DNA from: an uncultured Bacillota bacterium
GTDB lineage: Bacteria; Bacillota_I; Bacilli_A; RFN20; CAG-288
DNA length: 64,000 bases
NCBI GenBank assembly: GCA_949290645.1
Contig: CASESG010000006.1
Location: 23,088-87,087 of the forward strand
Direction: 5' to 3'
Shown here: positions 1 to 10,324 of the stretch, in pieces
Layout of the letters: each line of letters starts with the position of its first letter
Position numbering within the stretch: the first letter of the stretch is position 1
Position numbers and translations under genes: made by a program
The notes under the pieces: model-generated
Databases searched by the model: none
What the model was told of the DNA's origin: nothing
What the model saw: only the letters and a program-made list of their open reading frames with translations

Positions 1-3000
1 CCGTGAAGGACGTCAGGAACCCTTCCGGAATCTTACCGCCACTGAGGCTGCCGATGCCGACTTCCTTGAGGCGCTGGAGGAAGTCCGCAAGGCCGCGGAT
101 CTCGCCTTCCTTGGTGATCGAATAATTACGATCCTCGATCAAGACTTCTTCCGTCGAACGGGAATAACCCGTGCAATAGAGCAAGGAATAGTTGAAGTTC
201 GGGATGTCGGCCTTGTCCATCAGGCCTTGGCTCTTCAAGAGAGCGGTCAGATATTCCGAGAAATTGCGGTCTCTCTGTTCGTTGACGAAACTTTCCTCGC
301 CCGTGACAAGAGGCGCTCCGAAGGAGTTGGCAAGGAAGTTGGTGCGGTAGAGAGTCGTCAGAAGCGCGTTGATGACGTTGGGATCGAGCGTATCGAAGAA
401 ATCGTCACCCTTCAGATCGATCTTCTTGATCAGGGTGAGAAGGGTCACGATGTCGTCGCAGTCTTCCTTCCAAAGCTCCGTCCGCATCTCATTGATGGTC
501 TTGTGGATTCCGAGATCTTCCAGGAAGGTTTGCATCGACTTGTTGATGACAGAAAGGATCGAAGGCTCAAGAATCTTGCTGTCGAAGCCCGTCTTGATCA
601 TCTGACTCAGGGAGTCCGGATCCTGAATGTCGGCATTCTCCATGTCCAGAAGGAAGTCCACGTTCTGCTGGGCGGAGCGGATGAGAGAGACGAGATTGTC
701 GATCTCACCCGAACCTTCGGCACTGCTCCAGACGATGTCGCTGATCGTCTCCTCCGAAGGTACGACAAAGCCGATGTCCTGGAACATCTGCTTGGAGAGG
801 ACATTCTTGAGCACGACATAGACGTTGAAGTTTCTTCCCTTGGCGGAAGTGGGCTGAATGCCGCTGGATTGCGCCGGGTTGAAGAAATCGGAAGAGGCGA
901 CGATTTCCAAAAGCTTGCCGATGGTGTTGGCATCGATCCTCGTCAGCTGCTCCTTGGTCGAAAGCGTGTCGTCCGTCACGATCTTGTACAAGTCGTAAAG
1001 CTCCGGCATGATCTCCACCAACTTCTTGAAATTGGTTGTGAAATCCTTAGCGTCGAAGTTGAAGTCATAGGGTGTCAAGCCATAGAGATAGTCCTCGATC
1101 TCCACCCCCGTATCGAAGAGGAAGGTGCGGATCAGGGTCGGATAGAGGGCGTTGAAGACACGGGAGGCCTCCCCGACGTCCAAGATGTCGACAAAGGTCT
1201 CCGAGACCAGAGGATCGGTGAAGTCGATTCCGTCAAGCCCATCCTCGATGTGGATGGGGCTGTCTTCGGCAAAGAGAATCTCCGCCATGTCGAAGAGGAG
1301 GGAGAATTCCTTCTTCAAGCCCGCCTTTCCGAGGTTTTCGAACTGCTTGAAATCCACCTCGGCAAGATAAGGGCGAAGGGCCGAAACGGAATTCAAGGAA
1401 GAATAAAGAATATCCGGAAGGGAAAGGACATCGAAGAGATCCATATCCAGAAGGCCCTGATCCATGATCGAGGTCGCACCGTCCGTTCCCAGAAGGGTCT
1501 TGCGCAGGGATTGCTGGGTTTTCTCCGACTTCATCTTGTCGACGATCTGATCTCCCAATTTGGAGAAATCCGTCTTGGCCGAAAGGGAGATTCCAAGGTC
1601 GCGGCAGAGGGAGAGAGTCGACTTGCCAAGCAGAGCCAGGTCATGGCCCCAATCGACATCCGCATAGGCCTCGACATCGGTCGGGAAGACATCATAGCCC
1701 GACGAATAGAGAGTCCAAGAGAGCGAGGAGAGGACGATGGGAAGATTCTTCTGGAAGACTTCGAGGTCGCCCAAAGCCTCCAGGGCTTTCGTATAGGCCT
1801 TCAGGTTCTCGTTGTATTCGCTGTCGCTCCATTCGTTGACCGGAATCGAGAAGTTCTCCGGAGTCAGCTTCGTCCCATCCTCCGAGAACATCGTCGAGAC
1901 CAAGCCCGTCTGATACAGGCTTTCATAGGCCGAATCAATCGTGGAGAGCTCGTCCGTCCAGTCGATGTTCGAGAAGTCGAGGTCGCTTATGGGAAGGGCG
2001 GAAGAAAGAGAGTGGATTCCGATGTCGATGAGAGGCGGAATCAAGGAAGTGATGACCGGATTGTCCAAAACGCCCTCGATCATCGTATGCACCATGGCGC
2101 TGTCCAGAAGACGGCCATAGTTGACCGTGATGTTGAAAGAACCGCTGCCGAAGGTGATCGAGTCACTTTCCAGAAGCGGCTTTGCGATATCCAGGGAAGA
2201 GGCGAGAATCTGGTTGAAGGAAACCTCCTGACCACCGATCGTGACCTTCGAAGTTCGGTTCATCAGCCTCGTGTCGAAACCGCCGACACCCATCAGCTGA
2301 TAGAAGGCCGAATTGTCGATGACATCGATATAGCTGGCAATATCTTCCGCTTGGTCGGGGAAGAGCTGCTCCAGGATGATCTGAAGCGTGTCCCGATGCT
2401 GAACCGCCGTGCGGGCCAAAGCCGTGAAGGGAGCGAAGAGCGACATCGCCAGGACAAACTCCGCACAAGCGCCCAAAGCTGCGCCCGGAAGGCGGAGCAA
2501 CGGCCAGCGCTTCTTGGTGCTGACTTCCGTCTTCTCGAAGCCCTTCTCATCCGAAAAGTCTTCGGAATAGGCCATTCCAGGCTCCATGTCCGGGTCGATC
2601 TCCTCGACCAGGTCATCTCCTTTCTCGTCGTCATCCTCTTCGAAATAGATGCCGTCGGTGAGGGCTCTTTCCTCTTTCTTCCGATTCTTGCGAGCCTTTC
2701 TCTGCTTGGCCGTCTCGACCGGAAGGAACCAGCGGAAGATGCCGTTGTAGATGATAGCCGTGAAGAGACTGATGAAAATCTGGGTCAGGAGGACAAGGAC
2801 AAAGAAGAGAACATAGGAAAGCAAGGAGGTCGCCAGGGCGATCGCCGTCTCATAGATGGAGATTCCGTTCATCGGGGAGATCAAGCCCGTCGCCGTGATG
2901 ATGTTGGCTAGAGTTTCCTGAATCGTCGTCACCGCGATCGTCTGTTCCCCCATGGCAAAGGAGAGATTGAAATTGGAAAGATCGATGTTTCCGACCGCAT

Positions 3001-3175
3001 TGGCAATCGAGGGTGTCACGAAGACAAAGGCCACAAGCAAGACCGCAAGCAGGATGGTCTTGACCGTGGTTTTGTAGAGGCCTTTGATGAATCCGGCCAG
3101 TGCACCCAGAAGCGCAAAGAAGATCAAAAGACAGAGCAGAACGATCATCACGATGGCAACAGTTTCAGGGCTCAT
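1..3175 (-). CDS. Large membrane-anchored protein (>1050 aa, runs off the left edge); several N-terminal hydrophobic segments (CvpA-like) followed by a long soluble region
   Basis: ATG at 3175 (MSPETVAIVMIVLLCLLIFFALLGALAGFIKGLYKTT...). The same frame is still open at the window edge (...GIGSLSGGKIPEGFLTSFT). I translated both ends by hand, not every middle codon. Probably absent from the ORF track because there is no stop in the window; the + strand 894 aa ORF is its antisense shadow. Confidence 0.8.
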   Translation of the reverse strand, partial: MSPETVAIVMIVLLCLLIFFALLGALAGFIKGLYKTTVKTILLAVLLVAFVFVTPSIANAVGNIDLSNFNLSFAMGEQTIAVTTIQETLANIITATGLISPMNGISIYETAIALATSLLSYVLFFVLVLLTQIFISLFTAIIYNGIFRWFLPVETAKQRKARKNRKKEERALTDGIYFEEDDDEKGDDLVEEIDPDMEPGMAYSEDFSDEKGFEKTEVSTKKRWPLLRLPGAALGACAEFVLAMSLFAPFTALARTAVQHRDTLQIILEQLFPDQAEDIASYIDVIDNSAFYQLMGVGGFDTRLMNRTSKVTIGGQEVSFNQILASSLDIAKPLLESDSITFGSGSFNITVNYGRLLDSAMVHTMIEGVLDNPVITSLIPPLIDIGIHSLSSALPISDLDFSNIDWTDELSTIDSAYESLYQTGLVSTMFSEDGTKLTPENFSIPVNEWSDSEYNENLKAYTKALEALGDLEVFQKNLPIVLSSLSWTLYSSGYDVFPTDVEAYADVDWGHDLALLGKSTLSLCRDLGISLSAKTDFSKLGDQIVDKMKSEKTQQSLRKTLLGTDGATSIMDQGLLDMDLFDVLSLPDILYSSLNSVSALRPYLAEVDFKQFENLGKAGLKKEFSLLFDMAEILFAEDSPIHIEDGLDGIDFTDPLVSETFVDILDVGEASRVFNALYPTLIRTFLFDTGVEIEDYLYGLTPYDFNFDAKDFTTNFKKLVEIMPELYDLYKIVTDDTLSTKEQLTRIDANTIGKLLEIVASSDFFNPAQSSGIQPTSAKGRNFNVYVVLKNVLSKQMFQDIGFVVPSEETISDIVWSSAEGSGEIDNLVSLIRSAQQNVDFLLDMENADIQDPDSLSQMIKTGFDSKILEPSILSVINKSMQTFLEDLGIHKTINEMRTELWKEDCDDIVTLLTLIKKIDLKGDDFFDTLDPNVINALLTTLYRTNFLANSFGAPLVTGEESFVNEQRDRNFSEYLTALLKSQGLMDKADIPNFNYSLLYCTGYSRSTEEVLIEDRNYSITKEGEIRGLADFLQRLKEVGIGSLSGGKIPEGFLTSFT

Positions 3176-3249
3176 AGGAAGAATCTCCTCAATTCATGCC
3201 ATTGATTATATAATAATCAACCCGTAAAATAAACCCGTTGGGAGGCATT

Positions 3250-4038
3250 ATGGAAATCCTTGAGAAAAACGAAAAGACAAAACGGGTCTTCTATCCCCAA
3301 AGCATCCTCAATCAGGAACTGCCCCTGTGGCTGAAGTGGACTCTCTTCGCCGTCGGCTTTGCCGGTCTGCAGCTTCTCTCCCTCGTCTTCAGCGTCTTCT
3401 TTCTCAACTCCACCCTGGACATGAACCTCATCAATTCCATCCTGATGTTCTCGGTCTATCTTGTCGCCGCCGTCATCGTCGTCCTTCTTGTTTTTTTTCT
3501 GCGGAAGCAAACGTTTTTGAAGTGCCTGAAGGAATTCACGCAGCTGAAGACCTATGGCTTCGCTCTGGCTGTGTTCGGGGCGATGGTCGTCCTCAACTAC
3601 ATCATCAACCTGCTGTATCTCCCTATTCCCTTCTATGGAGATAACAACAACCAAGAATCGGTCGTCGCAACGACAATGGCTGCGCCCGCTTTGATGTTTT
3701 TCCCACTTGCCATCTTTGCTCCGTTACTCGAAGAATTGACCTATCGTGCCGGCTTGATGGACGCCATCGGCAGCAAGAACAGGACCCTCGGCATCCTCTG
3801 CTCCGCCCTGATCTTCGGCCTCATCCACTTCGATTGGACGACCATCCTCGGAGTTGCGGCCCAGCTTGAGGGATACACCAAGGAGATGGCCATCAACGAA
3901 TTGCTCAACCTGCCAAGCTACATCCTTTCCGGTGCCCTCCTGGGCTTCGCCTACGCCAAGACCGGGAGGATTTCCACTTCGATCGTCGGGCATTCCCTCA
4001 ACAACCTTCTCTCCTTCGTCTCCGTCTTCCTAGCCTGA
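3250..4038 (+). CDS. CPBP/CAAX family intramembrane glutamic protease
   Basis: EELTYR, FGLIH and HSLNN motifs; multiple TM segments; GGAGG before ATG 3250. Confidence 0.9.
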   Translation: MEILEKNEKTKRVFYPQSILNQELPLWLKWTLFAVGFAGLQLLSLVFSVFFLNSTLDMNLINSILMFSVYLVAAVIVVLLVFFLRKQTFLKCLKEFTQLKTYGFALAVFGAMVVLNYIINLLYLPIPFYGDNNNQESVVATTMAAPALMFFPLAIFAPLLEELTYRAGLMDAIGSKNRTLGILCSALIFGLIHFDWTTILGVAAQLEGYTKEMAINELLNLPSYILSGALLGFAYAKTGRISTSIVGHSLNNLLSFVSVFLA

Positions 4039-4044
4039 GACACG

Positions 4045-4908
4045 ATGATGAAGAAACGTCTGGAAATCCTCAACTCCCTCACACTCAAGATCATCGCCTG
4101 CCTGTTGATGACACTCGACCACGTCGCCCTCTTTTTCGTCAATCCGGTCACGAGCTACGATCTTTATTACGGACTGAGGGCCACCGGAAAGATCTCCTTT
4201 CCCATCTTCGTCTTCCTGGCTTTCTATGGAGCCTACAAGACGAAGGACATCCGGAAATACCTGCTCCGTCTTCTCATCCCCGGCGTCCTGATCGACCTCT
4301 GCGGATACATCCTCTCCTGGAGCCTTGGAATCCCCATCGCCGAGAATCCCATCATCGGAAACGCCTTCATCGACCTCTTCCTCGGCGTCCTCCTTGTCTC
4401 TCTGCTCAAGAAGAAGAACTACTATTCCTTCCTGGCGGTCCTTCCTTTGCTCTACAGCTTCTTCTCGACCTTACCCATCAACAATGAATACGGAACGCTC
4501 TTCAAGACCGACTGGGGCTTCTTCGGAACCTGTCTCTTCCTCGCCTTCTTCCTCGCCAAGGAGATCGTCCATCTCTTCATCCGGCAGAAAGCGGCGCAAG
4601 ACGGAATCCTTCTGGAAACCTATGAGGAGGAGAACGGATTCTTTCTCGAGAAGATCGCCCTATCGGTCGCCTTGCTCTTCGTCGACCTCGTCTTCTATCT
4701 CATCTATCGCTTGGACAACACCTCCTTCGTCCTCCCCAACGAGTTCGTCCCCATTGGAACCTATGTCGCCCTGGCCTTTCCTTTCTTTCTTCTCTCCTCC
4801 CAAAGGAAAGGATACGGATCGAAGATCCTCCAGTATTCCTTCTATGTCTATTATCCTCTCCATCTTCTCGTCCTCTTCCTCATCAGCACCGCCCTGTCCC
4901 TGCTTTGA
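4045..4908 (+). CDS. TraX-family membrane protein (putative acyltransferase)
   Basis: LKIIACLLMTLDH, GKISFPIF and C-terminal FYVYYPLHL motifs. Confidence 0.8.
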   Translation: MMKKRLEILNSLTLKIIACLLMTLDHVALFFVNPVTSYDLYYGLRATGKISFPIFVFLAFYGAYKTKDIRKYLLRLLIPGVLIDLCGYILSWSLGIPIAENPIIGNAFIDLFLGVLLVSLLKKKNYYSFLAVLPLLYSFFSTLPINNEYGTLFKTDWGFFGTCLFLAFFLAKEIVHLFIRQKAAQDGILLETYEEENGFFLEKIALSVALLFVDLVFYLIYRLDNTSFVLPNEFVPIGTYVALAFPFFLLSSQRKGYGSKILQYSFYVYYPLHLLVLFLISTALSLL

Positions 4909-4970
4909 GCATCTTTGTTGCCAAGGCTTTCCCGCTTGCGCTAATCTAGATCAAAACGGAGGACAAAAGC

Positions 4971-5315
4971 ATGATCCAACATTTGCAGAACGTAGATGAG
5001 TACGAAAAGTACGTCCAACAAGGAAACGTCGTCGTCGACTTCTTCGCCACCTGGTGCGGACCATGCCGGATGATGGCTCGCGTCCTGGAGGAAATCGAGG
5101 AGGAATATAAGAGCATCGTCTTCCTCAAGGTCGATGTCGACAAGTTCCCCCAGATCGCCCAGCGCTTCGGCGTGATGTCGATTCCCACCTTCCTCGCCTA
5201 CAAGGACGGAAAGAGAATCAACTTCTCCATCAACGGAGAAAGAATGGAAGAGCTTGTCGGCGGTCTCCAGGAAGAAGGTTTCAAGCAGGTTCTCAACGAC
5301 ACCTTCGGGCTCTGA
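4971..5315 (+). CDS. trxA: Thioredoxin
   Basis: VDFFATWCGPC active site, SIPT cis-Pro motif; GGAGG RBS. Confidence 0.95.
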   Translation: MIQHLQNVDEYEKYVQQGNVVVDFFATWCGPCRMMARVLEEIEEEYKSIVFLKVDVDKFPQIAQRFGVMSIPTFLAYKDGKRINFSINGERMEELVGGLQEEGFKQVLNDTFGL

Positions 5316-5391
5316 TAGCGTTTTCAACCCTTCGGAATTCCGCTCTTCCCCTTTCTTTGATACACTAACCGCTGAGGTACTTTTACAATGA

Positions 5392-6054
5392 GTGATTCAA
5401 AAGAAAGGACAGCTCAAGAAACTGGCCGGCGAGTTCCGCAAGTTCATCGCCAAAGGCAACGTCCTTGACATGGCAGTCGGCGTCATCATGGGCTCGGCCT
5501 TCAACGCCATCGTCACGGCCTTCACTTCCATCCTTCTCTCCATCTGCACCTGGGGCGTCCCTGGCGGACTCTCCGGATTGGTGACGGTCCTTCCCGCCGC
5601 CAATGATGCTCAGCGCGTCCCGCAGGACATCCTCGTCGGCGGAGAGACACTGCTCCAGTCCTATTCGGCAAGCGAGTGGGCGACTCTCTCCCAGTCCTCG
5701 GACTTCACCACGACCATCGCCAATATGTACACGAAGCACGGCGCTTCCTATTACTACAACGGTGCCGCCATCATCGATTGGGGAGCCTTCATCAACGCCG
5801 TCATCTCCTTCCTGATCATCGCCCTGACGCTCTTTGTCATCGTCAAGGTCTTCGCTTCCCTCAAGGCTCGACGTCACACCATCGAAGAGCAGATCCTCAT
5901 CGCCAAGGCCAAGAAGGAAGGAACCTACGCGGAAGGGAAGAAGGAAGAAGCTCCCGCTCCGGCTCCCAAGGCGGATGACATCGTCCTTTTGGAAGAAATC
6001 CGCGACGAGATTCGCAAGCTCAACGCTCCCAAGGCCAACGATCCGCAGAACTAA
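5392..6054 (+). CDS. mscL: Large-conductance mechanosensitive channel with an extended extracellular loop
   Basis: EFRKFIAKGNVLDMAVGVIMGSAF, WGAFINAVISFLII and LLEEIRD motifs. Start uncertain: GTG 5392 versus an out-of-frame ATG at 5388 that follows the RBS. Confidence 0.9.
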   Translation: MIQKKGQLKKLAGEFRKFIAKGNVLDMAVGVIMGSAFNAIVTAFTSILLSICTWGVPGGLSGLVTVLPAANDAQRVPQDILVGGETLLQSYSASEWATLSQSSDFTTTIANMYTKHGASYYYNGAAIIDWGAFINAVISFLIIALTLFVIVKVFASLKARRHTIEEQILIAKAKKEGTYAEGKKEEAPAPAPKADDIVLLEEIRDEIRKLNAPKANDPQN

Positions 6055-6073
6055 ACGAAGTTTCCGACATTCG

Positions 6074-6100
6074 AAAAGCCGGCCCGAAAGCCGGCTTTTT
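6074..6100. terminator. Bidirectional intrinsic terminator between mscL and guaB
   Basis: AAAAGCCGGC-CCGAAA-GCCGGCTTTTT hairpin flanked by A and T tracts between convergent genes. Confidence 0.85.
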
Positions 6101-6118
6101 GCTTATTCGATTTTCCTT

Positions 6119-7249
6119 TTAGGCGGAATAGTTCGGGCTCTTCTTCGTGATTTGAATCTCGTGCGGATGGCTCTCCGCCAAGGAAGCGGAAGTGATCTCG
6201 ATGAACTCGGCCTCCTTCTGAAGCTCCGCAATCGTCTTCACGCCCAGATAGCCCATGCCCGAGCGGAGGCCGCCCATCAGTTCGAAGACGAGATCGGCGA
6301 CACTCCCCGTAAGAGGAATCATGCCCTCGACCCCCTCCGGAACGAGCTTCCTCTGGTGGCTTTGGAAGTAGCGGTCGGAAGAGCCGTGCTTCTGCTCCAT
6401 CGCTCCCAAGGAGCCCATGCCCCTGTAACTCTTGTACTTCTTTCCATCAACCTCGATCACCTCACCCGGTGCCTCAAGGCAAGAGGCAAAAAGCGAGCCC
6501 AGCATCACCGTGTCCGCTCCAGCTGCCAGAGCCTTCGTGATGTCTCCGGAATAACGGATTCCGCCATCGGCGATGATCGGGCAAGAATACTCCACTGACG
6601 CCTTTGCGCAATCCAGAATGGCCGTCAGCTGCGGAACGCCCATGCCGGAGACGATACGGGTGGTGCAGATCGATCCCGGCCCCATTCCGACCTTGACCGC
6701 ATCGGCACCCTTCTCCATCAGGTCTCGAGCCCCTAAATAGGTCGCGACATTGCCGACGATCACCTCCGCACTCGGGAAGGAAGACTTGATCTTCTCCAAG
6801 GCCTGAAGGACATTCCTGGAATGGCCATGCGCCGAGTCCAGGACGAGAACATTCGCTCCGCTATTTAGAAGCGCTTCCGCTCTGTCCAAAAGATCTTCCG
6901 TGATGCCAATTCCGGCTCCGCAAAGAAGTTTGCCATCTTTGTCCAAGGAAGCTTTCTCTTTCTCCTCTGCGGTGAGATCGACTTCTTTGACCTTCCTCAC
7001 TTCCTTCGTCTGCTCTTCGATGGAGAGGTTCTTGTGAAGGATTCCGATTCCTCCCTCCTTGGCCAGTGCGATACCCATTTCGCTTTCCGTGACCGTGTCC
7101 ATCGCCGCGGACAAGAGAGGAGTCTTCAAAGCAATCTTCTTTGTCAATCTCGTCGACAGGTCGACTTGGGAGGGGATGATTTCCGAATATCGAGGGAGAA
7201 GCAGGACATCGTCGAACGTATAGCCGCGCCTTGTGATCTTTTCTTTCAT
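6119..7249 (-). CDS. guaB: IMP dehydrogenase lacking the CBS subdomain
   Basis: [36 protein letters not shown] (catalytic Cys), YRGMGS, VPEGVEG; only 376 aa. Confidence 0.95.
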   Translation of the reverse strand: MKEKITRRGYTFDDVLLLPRYSEIIPSQVDLSTRLTKKIALKTPLLSAAMDTVTESEMGIALAKEGGIGILHKNLSIEEQTKEVRKVKEVDLTAEEKEKASLDKDGKLLCGAGIGITEDLLDRAEALLNSGANVLVLDSAHGHSRNVLQALEKIKSSFPSAEVIVGNVATYLGARDLMEKGADAVKVGMGPGSICTTRIVSGMGVPQLTAILDCAKASVEYSCPIIADGGIRYSGDITKALAAGADTVMLGSLFASCLEAPGEVIEVDGKKYKSYRGMGSLGAMEQKHGSSDRYFQSHQRKLVPEGVEGMIPLTGSVADLVFELMGGLRSGMGYLGVKTIAELQKEAEFIEITSASLAESHPHEIQITKKSPNYSA

Positions 7250-7376
7250 GGTGCACCTCGTTTTCCTCTCTATTATCGCAAAGCGGGAAAGAAGTTGCCA
7301 AAAAGATTTCCTCCTCTCTTTTCATTGATTGTCCCTCCCACTTCGTCTAGAATTGCGTAGTGCAGGGAGGTTCACT

Positions 7377-9224
7377 ATGGACATCAGGGACATGGAACTC
7401 GATCCGTACGACTATTATGAGAAATATCTCAAATCTCAGCTCAAGGAAAACGCCACCGCCTTTTTCGACGACCTGGTGAAGAAGACAAACACCGACGTAG
7501 GCAAATGCCGACAGGACAGCAAGAAGTACGAAAAGGCCAAGGAAAATGACCGGAAAAACGAGCAATCGCTCGGCCGCTGGCGGTTCTTGCAGGGTTTCTT
7601 GATTTTTTTTGCCGTCCTCGGGTTCCTCGTCTTCGCCCTCTCCCTCTCCATGATCATCACAAAGGGTGCCGAAACCGGATCCATCATCGCCCTTGTCTTA
7701 TCGATCGTCGTCGCCCTTATTTCCCTCCTTGTCATCTTCCTGGTCACAAGGAAAAAGATCTTGGAGCGCAAGAAACTGGACGAAAAGTACGACCAGGAAG
7801 TCGACAAGTGGAAGTATCAGTGCCTGAGGAATCTCTATCCCATCAACCAAGAGATGGCAGAGGATGACTTCCGCACCATCGTAAGGAAGACCACCCAGGC
7901 ATTCGTGCTCGACGACCGGCTCAGCCCCGAGAAGCTCGACCTGATGGTCAAGGCCTATCAATACGACCCGAAAATCGGGGAGAAGGAATCCCTGCTCTCC
8001 TGCCAGTCCGGAAACATCGACTCCAACCCCTTCCTCCGCCTGCGCGTCTTCCGCAACGACATCCGCAACAAGACCTACAGCGGAAGCTTGACGATCTCGT
8101 GGACCGAAAGGGTCGGCTCGGGCAAGGATGCCCACTACGTGACAAGGACACAGACTCTTGTCGCCACCTCGGTCCATCCCGCTCCCTTCTATTCGACCTA
8201 TACCGCCGTCGTCTACGGAAACCAGGCCGCTCCCGACCTCTGCTTCGACCGCCGTCCTTCGGGCCTTGCAAGAGACCACGATGAGAAGGACGTCGAGAGA
8301 TTCGTCAAGGATGCCGAGAAGGAGATGAAGGAGAGGGCGGAGAAGGAAGTCGCAAGAGGCGGTTCCTTCCAGCCCCTTGCCAACACGACCTTCGAGGCGT
8401 TCTTTGGGGCTTACAACCGCGACAACGAAGTCCAGTATCGACTCCTCTTCACTCCCCTCGCCCAGCAGAACATGACCGAGCTCCTTCTGGCCAAGGAGCC
8501 CTATGGCGATGACTTCACCTTCCGCAAGATCAACAAGATGAACATCGTCTCCTCCCTCCACGGCCCTTCGATCCCAGACTATTCCCCCGACATGTTCCTC
8601 GGAGAGACCGACCTCGATGTCCTCAAGAACAAATACGTCTCGACCATCGAGTCCATCTTCCAGTCCCTCTACTTCGAGCTCGCCCCGATCCTGGCCATCC
8701 CTCTCTACCAGCAGACCGATGCCGGGAAGTACACCATCGAGAAGACCGGACGTCACGTCAGCGACTACGATGCCGAGTGCTTCGCCAATGCGATGGATCC
8801 TTCCGCCTTCGCCCATCCCGATTCCTCGACGCCCCAGATTCTCCACGTCCAGTACCGGGAAAGCCAGGGCGAAAGCGACCTCTTTGCCGTCTCCTCCTCC
8901 TCTTTCCGGGGTGAAAGCCGAGTCGACTATGTCTCGATGATGGGCGGAGACGGCTGTGTCCATTCCGTCCCTGTCCCCTGGATCGAATACTTCCCCCTGA
9001 CCAGGACGAGCGAGCTTCTCGTCCGCAAGAGCGACGTCGACCGCAGCGACTATCGGAAGCTGATGGCCGAGAAGGAAGACTTCTTCCAGGAGAAACAGGC
9101 CTATCGGGAGAAGCTGCTGAGCAAAAAATATTTCGGCATCCAGCTCGAAGACGGGTATAATTATGGACAGCAGGACGAAGAGGAGCTTTCCGCCTTCCTC
9201 TCCTCCGCTCACGGAAAGGAGTGA
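7377..9224 (+). CDS. MAG1210-like membrane protein (two TM helices plus large soluble domain)
   Basis: GGAGG then ATG 7377; motifs YSGSLTISW, RDNEVQYRLLFTPLAQQN, LAPILAIPLYQ resemble the Mollicutes family found next to lemA (recognition from memory). Confidence 0.7.
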   Translation: MDIRDMELDPYDYYEKYLKSQLKENATAFFDDLVKKTNTDVGKCRQDSKKYEKAKENDRKNEQSLGRWRFLQGFLIFFAVLGFLVFALSLSMIITKGAETGSIIALVLSIVVALISLLVIFLVTRKKILERKKLDEKYDQEVDKWKYQCLRNLYPINQEMAEDDFRTIVRKTTQAFVLDDRLSPEKLDLMVKAYQYDPKIGEKESLLSCQSGNIDSNPFLRLRVFRNDIRNKTYSGSLTISWTERVGSGKDAHYVTRTQTLVATSVHPAPFYSTYTAVVYGNQAAPDLCFDRRPSGLARDHDEKDVERFVKDAEKEMKERAEKEVARGGSFQPLANTTFEAFFGAYNRDNEVQYRLLFTPLAQQNMTELLLAKEPYGDDFTFRKINKMNIVSSLHGPSIPDYSPDMFLGETDLDVLKNKYVSTIESIFQSLYFELAPILAIPLYQQTDAGKYTIEKTGRHVSDYDAECFANAMDPSAFAHPDSSTPQILHVQYRESQGESDLFAVSSSSFRGESRVDYVSMMGGDGCVHSVPVPWIEYFPLTRTSELLVRKSDVDRSDYRKLMAEKEDFFQEKQAYREKLLSKKYFGIQLEDGYNYGQQDEEELSAFLSSAHGKE

Positions 9225-9229
9225 AAGTC

Positions 9230-9901
9230 ATGGCAAACGAATTGGACGAAATGTCGGGCCCGATCAGCGAAGAAGGAAGAGATGTCAACGTCATCCAGAA
9301 GCAGATCCCGGTCAAGGTCGGCTTCGGGTCCAAGCTCTTCGAGGTGATCCTCTGGGTCCTGGCCATCATCCCGGGACTGGTCTTCCTCTTCATGAAGATC
9401 AAAGCTCGCACCTACCTCCAGCAATTGCAGCAGAAGATCCAGCACGATGCCTCGCAGATCGACAACTATCTCGAGCAGCGCGTCGTCATCCTTCAGAACG
9501 CAGCCAAGCTTCTCGACAAGGCCATCGACCTCGACAAGGACACCTTGACGAAGATCGCCGCCTACCGTTCCAAGGCCGGAAGCCCCAACGCCGATGCCAG
9601 CCGAAACGAGGCCAGCCAGAACATCGACCGCCTCTTCGGCCAGATCAACGTCGCCTTCGAGCAGTATCCCAACCTCGAGGCCCACAACGAGATCCAGAAG
9701 TGCCTCGAGCAGAACAGCTACCTGCAGAAGGAGATCACGGCGGCCCGGGAGCTTTACAACGACACGGTCTATCAGTGGAACGCCGCCATCCAGGAATGGC
9801 CGACCAAGAGGATCGTCGCAGCCAAGCTCGGCTACACGACCCGCATCCCCTTCACGACCAGCCAGGAGATCAAGGAAAAGGCTCGCGGAACCTTCTTCTG
9901 A
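9230..9901 (+). CDS. lemA: LemA family protein
   Basis: N-terminal TM; IDNYLEQR, FEQYPNLEA, ITAARELYNDTV, WPTKRIVA; AAGGAG before ATG 9230. Confidence 0.85.
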   Translation: MANELDEMSGPISEEGRDVNVIQKQIPVKVGFGSKLFEVILWVLAIIPGLVFLFMKIKARTYLQQLQQKIQHDASQIDNYLEQRVVILQNAAKLLDKAIDLDKDTLTKIAAYRSKAGSPNADASRNEASQNIDRLFGQINVAFEQYPNLEAHNEIQKCLEQNSYLQKEITAARELYNDTVYQWNAAIQEWPTKRIVAAKLGYTTRIPFTTSQEIKEKARGTFF

Positions 9902-9928
9902 GATTCCGACCAAGATCGATGATCCGAC

Positions 9929-9953
9929 AGGCGGTCTTCAAGGCCGCCTTTTC
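9929..9953 (+). terminator. Intrinsic terminator after lemA
   Basis: AGGCGGTCT-TCA-AGGCCGCCT followed by TTT. Confidence 0.75.
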
Positions 9954-10324
9954 TCATGCCGGAATATCGCTCGCATCGATTGGATGCCCTTCCGAAGAGA
10001 GGAAGGAAACCTTGTAATAGCCATCTCCCGTCATTCTCGGGCCGGAGAGGACTTCAAGTCCTTCCTCCTTGGCTTTCTTGGCCACATGATCCTCCTCCCG
10101 GCTAGCGAGTCCGATGGAGAGATGATAGCCCGAATGGGCCGAACAGGAGGACGATGAGAGAAGCTCCACTCTCGTCTTTCCTTCCAAGTCCAAAAAGACC
10201 GTCTCCAGACCGGCCTTCTCGTCGTGTATCGCCCCTTGACTTCCGCAAAGAAGAAACGGACGAAGAATTCCTCCATCCTCCTTAGGCCTACGACTTCCCG
10301 TCCGACGTGGGAACGATAGGGCAT
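9954..10324 (-). pseudogene. VOC/glyoxalase family gene, frameshifted
   Basis: The N-part (SHVG...MEEFFVRFF...GRY) and C-part (DEKAGLETVFLDLEGKTRVELL...GYHLSIG...SGPRMTGDGYY) lie in different frames, joined near 10225. Confidence 0.7.

Noticed and set aside
227-2911. 894 aa plus-strand ORF
   Set aside because: Antisense shadow of the minus-strand gene; this GC-rich codon usage rarely creates stops on the opposite strand, and the protein has no recognisable motifs.
4045-4908. TraX as evidence of a conjugative element
   Set aside because: Host-like composition, housekeeping neighbours and no other transfer genes.
6119-7249. CBS-less GuaB as a novelty
   Set aside because: IMP dehydrogenases lacking the CBS subdomain are already known.
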